Positions 43,036-54,492 of a stretch of DNA of 64,000 nt are shown here, one piece after another (position 1 is the stretch's first letter; every line of letters starts with the position of its first letter). Under the pieces are notes generated by a model. It had not been told where the DNA came from, ran no database searches, and saw only the letters and a list, made by a program, of their open reading frames with translations. Both the position numbers and the translations under genes were made by a program. The stretch is from Trichoplax adhaerens. Its lineage: Eukaryota > Animalia > Placozoa. The stretch lies in NCBI RefSeq assembly GCF_000150275.1, contig NW_002060969.1:558001-622000 (forward strand). Reading direction: 5' to 3'.

Positions 43036-43185
43036 TAACCAGGTCTTTATACAAATTTACTTCCCTACAGTGTTGCAGTACCATAATACTTATTCCCACT
43101 AAGATTCGAAGTGTCATGTAATGTCAAATGAACATGACAACTAGCACTGTCGTGTGGACCTCTAGAGCCGCTAGTAACCTAATGC

Positions 43186-43266
43186 CAGTAACGACTCAAG
43201 GGGAAAAATAAAGCAGGGACAACTCAAGGGAAAAATAACTTATTTCTTCCCCTTGAGTTATCACTG
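43186..43266. repeat. Short inverted-repeat element (MITE-like hairpin) with an internal direct repeat
   Basis: cagtaacgactcaaggggaaaaataa ... aactcaagggaaaaataa c ttatttcttccccttgagttatcactg; the right arm is the reverse complement of the left arm over ~26 bp. Confidence 0.55.
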
Positions 43267-43900
43267 CTAGTACTGAGAAACTTGCTGACACTGCTCAGTT
43301 TCATCTGCTGTATGCCAAATTATACCAGTCTACGTACAGATCGTATCTTTTATCTCTACATCATGCACCGGCAAAAGCTGAACGGAATATTTGAACTTAA
43401 ATAAGTGTTGCGGATTTATGTTACGTATTTACTAGCGCATACTATTATATTATTGTATTGCATGATTCTTTGCATTCATTCTTATCGGTTACTGAGAGTT
43501 TAGAAGTATTCGCACGCTACGATTTAACAATAAGGAAAGAAATATACTGTACGATTATGCGGAGGCACATTCATTTACTTAATACATTCAAATAGTCTTC
43601 CCTGTTGATCACCAAATATTCAAAAGGACTGAATATCTTCACAGGAAATACAGTGCTTTTATTGGCACAACGTATTATGATTCTTTATTTGTTGCTACAA
43701 AAAGGCTGTAGTTCCTTTTTAGTTGCTATTGAGATTATTGTACTACATAAATACGTCATTTAACAATATAAGTAGCTTATCTTGGTATTTACTCGTATTC
43801 TCAATTTATTGCTTAGTTAATAATTAATTATATTATTAGTAGTATAAGAGACGTTTAAGTTTATCGTAATTTATGTCTATTAGAATGTATACGTGTATAT

Positions 43901-43902
<2 letters not shown>

Positions 43903-43933
<31 letters not shown>
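43903..43933. repeat. (AT)n microsatellite
   Basis: About 15 AT units. Confidence 0.9.
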
Positions 43934-43936
<3 letters not shown>

Positions 43937-45506
43937 GATATGATGCATCGTATCTATGGACGCATGGCTACTCTATTTCTAACATAACGTTATTGTATCA
44001 TACGAATACAGTTTCGAGGTTGATTATAACTATGTTTACTTATTCGAACCATGATTACGAAGTCATATTAATAGCGCCGGAAATATTCGATATCAAACTC
44101 TTCTTAACAGATAAGGTGTACACACGACTCTTGAGATCCCAGTATTCTGATACGGTTTTCAATAAAATCGATATTATGATTAGTCATTGCTTGTAGTCGT
44201 TTAAGAGTTACAGCACTGCAATTGTATGAGAATGTTCTTAATGGTATTTGCATTAAAACTTATGTTTCAAGTTTTACCTTCAGATTCATTTATTGTTCCA
44301 TAGATTCAATATTCTAGAATGAATTAAATACATAAATGACAGTCTAACTTTTGATGTAATAAGGCTGCACGGGCTATAGTAGTACTACATAAACATACCG
44401 CAGTTTTCATTAATTATACGAATTATCACTACTCTTACTAAATTTGATAATTTCAGATTGTAAGTTATAGCATCTATATACCTGAATACTAAGAATTTAT
44501 AACAATTATCCATGCAGTGTCCGCAAATGACTATGCTTTACCATAGATGTATATAAATGACGCGTTAGGAATAGGTATGGAGTTTACACATAGGCAATCC
44601 TATAAATAATCGAGCTACCTTGTACAGTAGTAGAATGGAGCTCTAAGGATGTGTTTATCTCACTGTAATTCATATTTACAAACACATTCATTGAGCTCGA
44701 TCGTACACAAATGCCTAACAATCTGATCATAATCGCTTTCGCTTACGTAAAACATCTATAACATGGAATCGATCTTATCTGTAGTGACCATGCAGCATGT
44801 GGGAGGCAACAGTTAACCAGTTGATAGTTACTGTTTTTATGTATTAACAATTTAGTATCATTACGAGTTTGGAATAGAATTAGAATTTTTAAGCACATAT
44901 TAACTGCATTGAAAGGTCTGATATGATGGTTAACTGATCTAAAGTATCTTCCTTCCCTCCTGACTTAATTTATTTCTTACCCTGCACAGTTTTATACGCC
45001 TGATAGTATGAATAAAACAAACCTTCATTATCTTGTCTACCAATCGGGAAGGTACCTTTCGTTGTGAATGCTATAGCAAAAGTTGTAGTATCACATATTA
45101 TCATGATTGAATTTTTGGCTGCTTCTGACAATAAGTTCTTTATTTATAATCAGTTTAAAGCTGGAGATATCGACAAATACACTACGACTAACTTCAAACC
45201 CTAATACCTGCTATAACTAGATTAACGTACGTTCACCAAGAAAATGGTAAAATCTCTTACGACCTCTCAGCAACGAAGATAAAAAATCCTCTTAGGAGCA
45301 ACGAGAGTTTATGATATCACGCTAGCATAATTATTTAACTTTAGCTAGAGTATTTACGGTAAATAAAATCCCTCTCAAGTATCCTCATTCCTATATGTTT
45401 TAAAGCAAGAGTAACTTTACGATATGATTGAATTGGCTCTTGAAAGGTTAAAAATACTGAATACTGTACTGAAATACGTGTATAAACATATATGTAGTCT
45501 AAATAC

Positions 45507-48500
45507 CCATGTCAGTAGCCGCTCTTCAGACAATAGCGATGTGAGTATGTAAAGCATGTATATCTGCAACACAAGTCTACTTACTCTACTTAAAATTACC
45601 ATAAAACTTACCTGAGAGAGGAAGGATAATGCAAATTCTTGCTATTATTTTACATATAAACCAGTAAAAACATCGTATTAAAATTTTACTAGTTGTAAAG
45701 TATAAATATGAATTGATCTGTTTAATACGAGTACTGTTGTGTATAACCTATACCGTATTATTTTAAAATAGTTTCAGTTGTATATCCACTAACGTATCGA
45801 AATTTACATGGGTATCTAATATTTTTCTTTACTTACACGAAATCTAGCCGAAAGGTACCATAGCAAGGGCAAGTTCTGAAATTATTTTAAAAAATTGGTA
45901 CATAATGTCAACATGGAATATCCAGTGGCTGTGATATGATCATATGAAATTAAATTAAAATATTCAGGATAAAATAGATATAACTATGAAATTCCTTATT
46001 TATCCCAGCTTCTCATTGAAACTTTATACACGTTAATAGAACTTGAAGAATAATTCTGTTTTTGGCAAAGATAAAAATATTAAGTTTATACTACATACTA
46101 AAGCATTTGAGGATACTTTCAACTACAACTCAACCAGAGAATACAGTGAGGCAAAAGTTAATTATTTAATGTATACTAATTATTAGAAGACTAATTTTTA
46201 ACGTTATCATAACCATCAATTTTTATTTCAATATTTACGTCTGCAACGTAAAATTCAAGGCGGTTGTCAACAGAGAGAACTAAGTAACTCAACAATCCTT
46301 AAAATTAAATAGCCTAATAGGAATTGCATTTTAAATTATTTTATTTAGTAAGCCTTATGCCCCAATATGGCAAGGAACGAAACAATTATGTACGTATATA
46401 CGTATATGATTATATAAATAATACTGTATAATGAATTTTCCGAAATTAGAATATTTAATGATGACACTTAGTTGACAAGTACCCACTAGGCAATACTTAA
46501 AAATGTAATGGTATCTTACATGATTATAAATCAGTTTACACTTACCGAATAATATTCACGCGAAAGGGGTATAGGGAATTCATTTGGCTACAATAAATTA
46601 AAAAATTACTAATAGCAGGATGACAGTATTCATCAACTGTCGTCTGTAAAGTATTGTGACCCACTGCAAGGAATATTATCGAGTAGCATAATTCGTATTT
46701 TCATGTAGCCTAGTCTGTAAGTACCGTATGTGCACCAGCTAGCTAGATAATTGCCAAAGCATTCACAAGATAAAACTGATTTATTATGTTTTACGTTCAC
46801 TTACCGTCAATAACGTAGTCTCGTAAGGTGAAGGTAGATTTGGTCTCTGTAACACATAGTTTGATATGCTTATTTTGCTTTCTTGCAGTTAATTAAACAT
46901 TAACATTATCATCTATTTTCATAGCAATAAGCTTTAAGAACTGTCACAATATTTATAGTGTTTATTTATAAATATTTCATTTTCTGAATTTAAACCAAAT
47001 TGATATCGATTAGCCATGATAAGCTGTAAGTGCTTGATAAAGAAATCACTACTTTATATTCACACCTTGTTATTATCTACAACGTAACTACGATGCCCAT
47101 CAATTACCCCCGTACAATGTATTACTGTATATAAAGTGTAATACAGTACTTAAAGCAAGTCTTGTGGGAGTGCCGTATATTTGGCATTGCTTGCTATTGA
47201 GATCGTGTTGCACGAAATGTTAGTACCGCAAATGAATTAAAAGTGCGAACGATCCTCGCTAATATGCGCTGCTATTATTTTCAAGAAATGCTGTATTTAA
47301 CCAGTAGATCAGTGTAACATGTAATTTACTTACATTAAAGTATAAGGGTGACAATGCAGGAGATGGAAGAGCTGGAGATGAGTCATCTTGCTAATCGTAA
47401 ATAGTAATGAAAATAAAAATATATAATGTCCAGAATTGATAGCTAACACGCAGTAAAACGTCAATCCAGTTGCGATAAACTTACACGAAAGTATATGGGT
47501 ACTTGTTGCGATGGTGGTGGTGGGGTATTATCTTGCTGTAATAGTTTACAATATAATCAGGAGAGGCACTACCTGCATAATTATACTAATTTATTCTAAT
47601 AGCATAAGTAACTATTTTATACTGTATGTAGAGTACAGCGTTAGCACCTACTCTAAAGTAGATAGGTATTTCTTGTGAAGGCGATGGAGGTGGCGATGTC
47701 GGCTCTTGCTGTAATAAAGTATTTTAGATACAACTTATAAGATTGTAAATTTGTACGTACGATAATGTGACGAGTATGTCTTCCACATCGTACCTACCCG
47801 AAAGTAAATAGGAGGAGGAGGATCAGTGGGATCTTGCTATCAGAATATGCATATTATTACGTTAAGTTAGATTCAAGTTTTAATGGAAATTATATCAGCT
47901 AGTTTATTGCGTCAGCATATATAGGATGCTACATAGGACTCTTAGCGTGTGCGCTTACACGAAAAGAAATCGTTAGCGGTTCTTACCACTATGAATCAAA
48001 AAGTAGCTTTAGCTATATAACGTAAGCTTATTCTGTAATTTTGATAGAATCCTAATATGTATAGTCCATAGTACTTACACGCAACTTGATTGGTTTTAAA
48101 GGTGGTAGTGGCCGATTTTGCTATTATAACATTAAGCGAAACGTTAACAGTGTCATTCAAAGTATAAGCCTTGATCGAAATAGTTAACATACAAACACTT
48201 GTGATAGAAATTTGTTGTAGGAATAAACACATAGAATAATTAAGCACAGCTATTAAATCTGCTATTAAGGTCAAAGGGCTACATTCAATTGGGATCTATC
48301 AGGTACTTACATTTAGATAGACGGACAATATCCATAGCAACGGATCATCTCTCTAAGATATAATAATTATTTAATGTTATAGTATATTAGTGGTGATCGT
48401 TTTATTAGTACGTGCGTTTGGCAACGCGTTAAGAACATTGATACTAAATTACTAATACTATATTCGTATTAACGATATATAATGAATTCAAACATATCAA

Positions 48501-49625
48501 TAAGCCTGCAGGTTTCAAAGATCTATGTCAGAGATTCTATTACCAAACAAAGATCATTAGAACACTGAACGCTATTATTATTACAGATTCTGATTATATA
48601 AAGCGTTCGAAATTGGTATAAAGATTCAAGTATCTACAGTAATTTTCACCGAATAGAGTTCTAAGTGAATACCTACACTGTATTAGCCATAACTTCGATT
48701 TTTTATTATGGAGTTCATCATAGATTCTGTCACAGATTTTAAAGTAGAGTATCTATGGAATTTTTATTTTATTAAGTGTGCACTCACACGCATGAAGATG
48801 GAAGGGCTAAGCGAAGTCGAAATTTTTTTCTACAAAAAAAATAATTTTTAATAATGTATTTATCCATCAAGCATCTGCTAAGTATCGTTTAACATAAATA
48901 AATCTATAAAATTGAGCGGAAATCCGAATTCTTTACACTAAAATTTTCATATTGTTTATCAAAACTTACTTTTTTGTTCCTAGAAACTGGCGGCTTACTT
49001 CTCTAAAATTAGTTTTAATATTAATGAAATATTATTAAAAATTTTGATAATGCATCTTATTAGATTTTGGTGAGAATTGTATAAACGTATCGTGATCATT
49101 TGAAGACTACGAAACCTAATTAATAGGTACCACAAATTTTTCTTTTTAATTGTAATCTGAATATTTATTGTTAGTCCCGACATTGTTAGATGTGAAAACA
49201 TCATCAGCGTACGTTAATATACAATGTTATCGGTTTCATTCTTAACCTTAAGCAACAATCTGCTTAAAAAACTGAATAAACAAGCCTTCAATTTCAACAG
49301 ATTTTAAAATGAATCAGTTGTCTCGTTCATTATAATTGTTTACATGGTCCCACTATGCACAATAATAAGCTATTAATTATTCTAGCAAATTTCTGATTCT
49401 ATTGTAACTACCTTTTAAATCGAAACTTTAATTGAGAATACTCACAACTAGGCTCTTTCCATTCAGCTTAGTCACTATTGGATGCAAATCTTTATTGTTT
49501 GAGCCTCCTTTTGTGATTGATGATGCCCTGTTTTCTTTAATTATTTTGGCATTATTGACATTATCGCAATAGGCAGTAGTCATGATGAATACCGCTGCGA
49601 TTAATAAGATTCTCCTTAATTTCAT
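45507..49625 (-). CDS. Unannotated secreted peptide precursor built from symmetric micro-exons (putative Pro-rich PIYF neuropeptide precursor); 3' end unresolved
   Basis: Exon 1 (49446-49625) has a signal peptide MKLRRILLIAAVFIMTTAYC and a phase-0 donor gtgagt. AG/GT-bounded 3n exons follow: 48970-49002 RSKPPVSRNKK; 48788-48829 KKISTSLSPSIFMR; 48311-48352 RDDPLLWILSVYLN; 48079-48120 QNRPLPPLKPIKLR; 47798-47836 QDPTDPPPPIYFR; 47652-47708 QEPTSPPPSPSQEIPIYFR; 47485-47535 QDNTPPPPSQQVPIYFR; 47334-47390 QDDSSPALPSPALSPLYFN; 46805-46846 RPNLPSPYETTLLT; 46546-46587 PNEFPIPLSREYYS; 45837-45875 NLPLLWYLSARFR; 45612-45641 QEFALSFLSQ. Tentative exons: 49223-49246 and 45507-45563. Confidence 0.75.
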
Positions 49626-51850
49626 TTTTTACTTTGTTACTATACCTATCATAGAAGAAGGAGCATTTGTTACTGCTGCAATTGAGTTAGTAATAACAGA
49701 GAAAGAATATCCAAGCAATATTTTAAGGTCGTTATATAAGATTACCAAATCTGATAGCGGTTAGGATAAAGTGATCATAATACAGACTTTAAATCATCAG
49801 GCATGTTATTCCAAGCATATATTGTAGCATTTCTGAACTAATTGAATTTGAAAACGAATTTTGAACGCAGTCTGAGGCGTAACTTATATTGTACTCATAC
49901 AGTGACGATATACTCAACAAATGTTGAGTCAAGAAACTGACGAAGTTTTATTTCTAAATCGCTATCTATCGTGAATAATAAAATGGTTAAGCATAAAATA
50001 ATCAACCTGTAACTTATAGTTTTACGGTAATTATGTCTATAAACACGCTTAAATCTAATATTACAGCGAAGCAATTTCAGAATCTACATTTCTTTATTCT
50101 AATAAACGATCATATTTATAGTGTGTACTTCTAAGTACACGGTATAAAGTTACTGAACCTCTGACAGGTCCACGACAAATGGTAATACTATCTGTTAAAT
50201 GAACACATTATCGTAAACCGTCAGCAAAGCGACGGGAGTTTGCACTAGTATTTAACAATTTACACTGTGGAAATCTCTTAGACTCTAGCTAGATTATACC
50301 GTAGCATTACACTTACATAGAAGTAGCATATTATTATGAATCATTCGTGTCTATAAGTAATTTCCTCCTGCTGTGCTCTTAACATTATAAAAGCTATCTT
50401 CTTTTGCCTATTTCATTAGTAGCTCTGGCAGTTACACCGTAAGCTTGCACGCTTTACCTATTCTACACCATTATAGTTGTTCGACTAGTCACATCGTTAC
50501 TCGCATGATAATCTTACACGACTATTCTCTTACACTAGCTCAATAAAGATTACTCTTCCGTTAACTATTCTATTGTACTTTATTGTGACTAATGCGAAAC
50601 TCTCAACCTTCCGAAACATCGCAATATTGTTGCGGTACACTATTTCAAAGCCCTTGTTTCTATATTCTAACAAGCTACTATATAAAATTCGAACAAGTAC
50701 AAACCTTAACGAGTATTCAAAGTTTCCACTTCAAGGAAATTTGAAAAAGCGCCACGATTGCAATGATAAATTGTCGCCAAGATCGCACAGAGGGAATAAT
50801 TTCGGTTAGAAAAGCAAAGCAAAGTTAACATATATATATACCTTCATTGTCCCTACAAACGATTCATAAATACGATAGATAATCTTTTAACGGAAGTGTT
50901 GATAATACAACTTATAATTGATGATGTATATTATTTTAATGAGAGAAATATATTTACAGGATTCGCATACTTTAGCATTTCTGCATTTCAAGAACAAAGC
51001 GATGATAGTACTGCTATTTTAAATAATTAATTACGGTATGTAATCTAATAAATCAAGCCTTGCAAATTTGAAGACAGTAGCTAGCTTTTGATAAATATAA
51101 TTATTATTATTGAACTAGGATTTTACATACAATTTAAATTTCTTAGAATGAAGCAAATACCTTACGGATAATAGAATACCCAGATACCAGATGACTTTAC
51201 TTGATTACCTAAAATTTCAATACGGAAATACGAATTCTAAATTTAGTATCCAATTATTCCTGTATCGAAAGTATTTTCTAATACTACAGTAATAAATGTG
51301 ATGCTAAATTAGCGAACAACATGAATCGAAGTCCTTTTAAATCAGACTTACGGTACACATTATTTAGTAGATTAATTTATTTGTAATATTGTAGTATCAT
51401 CCGATAAAGCTCCTATCAATTATAAATTTCAATTTATAGAAGACAAGCATCCTTCTTGATAAACAGTTTACCAAAGATTAGATGGTCGTTACATTATTAT
51501 TCAACACATATTGGTATTGGAGTATTTCATTCAAATATCAGCGTACCGCTAAATTCAGTTGAATGAGGCAACGCTAATCACTAATGTCTATAAATAGCAC
51601 CTACAGCATCTTGCATTAAGATCATTATTGACGCTAATTGATATACGTGTATAATAAGACGCTAGGGTATTTGCAAATGTTATAATGTTTCCCAAACATT
51701 ATATCTAAACAAAGTAACACCAAACTTCTCATCCATTAGAAAAACGTTTATAACCTACACTGTGCGTTAGCGACGCCTCTACGTCATACCCGGTGCGATA
51801 CCGTAGTATATTATATGTACATGCATACTGTGTTCTGATCCATAGTAAAA

Positions 51851-52275
51851 CCGCTAAATTAATTATTACAGTATGGGCATGCAAGGCGGTATTAACAGTA
51901 TGAAAAAAGGTTAAATGCAGTAAAACGCTAAATGTGTGCTTTCGAAACGAAGTGCAGATCATAATCATACAGTATTAAATATAAAAAGAGAGTGATATAC
52001 TGTATAACGCCAAATATGGGTATGCGAATCTCAAAGTATTAATTAAAGGCGCACTGTAATGTGCTTTCTGTACCGTATACCAGCTAAATTATTATAATTA
52101 TGCAGGATTAATGATATGATAAAAAGTTATATGCAGTAAAACGCCAAATGCATGCGTTCGAAACAATGTGTTTATTATAACCATACGGTATTAAGTATAA
52201 AAAGAGATTGATATACTGTTTAACGCCAATACGGGCGTGCGAATCTCGAAATTGTTAATTAAAGACACACTGACG
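51851..52275. repeat. Diverged tandem duplication, 2 copies of ~200-220 bp
   Basis: atgcagtaaaacgc(t/c)aaatg...ttcgaaac...tataaaaagaga(g/t)tgatatactgt...gcgaatctc...ttaattaaag starts at ~51916 and again at ~52131. Confidence 0.8.
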
Positions 52276-54292
52276 CACTGTATAGTACTGTACTTTCTGT
52301 AGATCCGGAGTGTGTGTGTAGGTAAAGACGTGGGTATACTTCAAAGTGTGTATACAGATACTCCACCGTACAATCCGTCGGACAAAGAGTATAAAAGTCG
52401 AAAGTTTTTAAAGGTGCGTAGTATGGGTTAGTGATGGATAAATAATTAATCTGCAAGTGATATTTATCATATTACAGTCATTGTTATTGTGCTAATAGCT
52501 TATCATAATCTAATATACGACATAAGCTATTGCTTAAAATATACATGAAATATTTACTAACAACGGTAACCAGCTGCTCTATTTTAATCCATTTGTGAAT
52601 GAATTTGCTTAAAACTGTAAGGCAATAATATCTTTAGCAAATCAAATATCTTACATACATAAATAATATGATATTAATATAGGAAATGATTGATTTAGGA
52701 ATAATTAAATAACGATATTGATACTATTGACCATATTTAGTAAATATTTTGGTAAGATAGCTTAATGTTAATGTTTTGATCAATCTATCGGTGCTAAATT
52801 ATTGAAGGTATCGTTCTACCTTGCCTTGAGTATCATTTGGCAACTCACATTTTCCGCTGAAATGCGAGATGTTGTCCAATACTTGGAAAGTGTATTTATG
52901 ACCGGAAATTGCATAATTAATTGTATACAATAATTATATTTTTATGCTTCTATCTAAACATTGATCTTACAATAATTATTTCCTACTTTGAGATACTCCA
53001 ATTTATAATTAATGCTTACTAGTCTCATCAAAAGATATTCAATTGTCCTTGTATTCTCACTACTTACGATTATTTTTAGCTAAATAGATCTATTTTTGTT
53101 AGTTCCGCAAAGTAAATTAGGAGACATATTCTAAATGAAAACAGCATAATATCAATGTAATAGTTTCTTTGGAAAACACGTGTAGAATAAATTTTGAAGG
53201 TAATTGCAGAAGTGATGCTTCCTATTTGGTATCTATGAAATACTACTGCCTTAAACTACATTATCAAATAAATAGTGATATAGTATCATATTTTGGGTAA
53301 ATTTAAAGTTCTCTCGAAGCTAGTTCTAATTCTATAACAACCAGGAAAAATTTTTATTCTATAACTTGCAGCTATATAAGATTTCTTCAAAGAAATGATA
53401 ACATCAGTACTTATCTAAAATATTATAGACACGATGCTCTGTAATAATGCGCAGTGTACAGAATTATTGGTGTATATTAAATGTGAACTAAAAGTAACCT
53501 TAATTAACATTTGTAAATAAAAGGTAGTAGCACTATAGTGTGTCTAAGATAAACTCAGCAATTAATCGATAAACTTGAGTGCATTTGATTACTAGCAATA
53601 ATCATAGAAGTCTTTAATGAAAGGTACTGTAGCCAATATCAATAGTCATTTTAGCAATATGAACTCAATTTTAAATTATGATAGGAAGCGGGTCCCTTCA
53701 CTAAGTTTACACTTTTTATTAATATTTATCGGCATTTGCTAATCGTTCAAGTAATATTAGAGCGGTCCTACAGGTGAAGATTATCCCTAGAAATTTTAGT
53801 TAACACCTTGTAATTTACGATACGATATGCTAATTAATGAGTGATTTGAACAACTAAATGATTGATTTAAAGTCAATGCGAAATCGGCTAGTTGGAAATT
53901 AAAACTATTATACGACGAATATATTCTTGTGTAATATCCTTTTTGCTAAAGTATCTTCAAAAATAATAAAAAAAGAACTACAGTTTCTTGTAAACTTCGC
54001 TTTGTTACACAAATTAGGTTCGTCTTATAATTACCAAAAATTATCTAGCTGCAATCGGACTATCATCAGTCAATCAAATAATATTAATGAGATTTTATGG
54101 GTATCACGCTGTTAGCAGTTTCTGACTGAAGAATCATGATCTCGGTACCGGTACCTAGACGAGCATAGACAAACTGAGCCAACCTAGACTCTATTAACTT
54201 AAAATTGCACCATATTCCGTGGAATTTCTACAAATTTTACCAGTCTAAGTTATTACGCGAAAATTCATCAATTATGTGTAATGTTACAAAAT

Positions 54293-54492
54293 NNNNNNNN
54301 NNNNNNNNNNNNNNNNNNNNNNNNNNNNNNNNNNNNNNNNNNNNNNNNNNNNNNNNNNNNNNNNNNNNNNNNNNNNNNNNNNNNNNNNNNNNNNNNNNNN
54401 NNNNNNNNNNNNNNNNNNNNNNNNNNNNNNNNNNNNNNNNNNNNNNNNNNNNNNNNNNNNNNNNNNNNNNNNNNNNNNNNNNNNNNNNNNNN
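54293..54492. other. Assembly gap (200 N)
   Basis: Run of n characters. Confidence 1.

Noticed and set aside
42275-43102. ORFs rich in YCTVL/VQYST
   Set aside because: Translations of the TACAG/CTGTA arrays.
48677-48726. Possible additional micro-exon (50 nt, donor gtaggt)
   Set aside because: Not a multiple of 3 and has a stop in the phase-0 frame; left out of the gene model.
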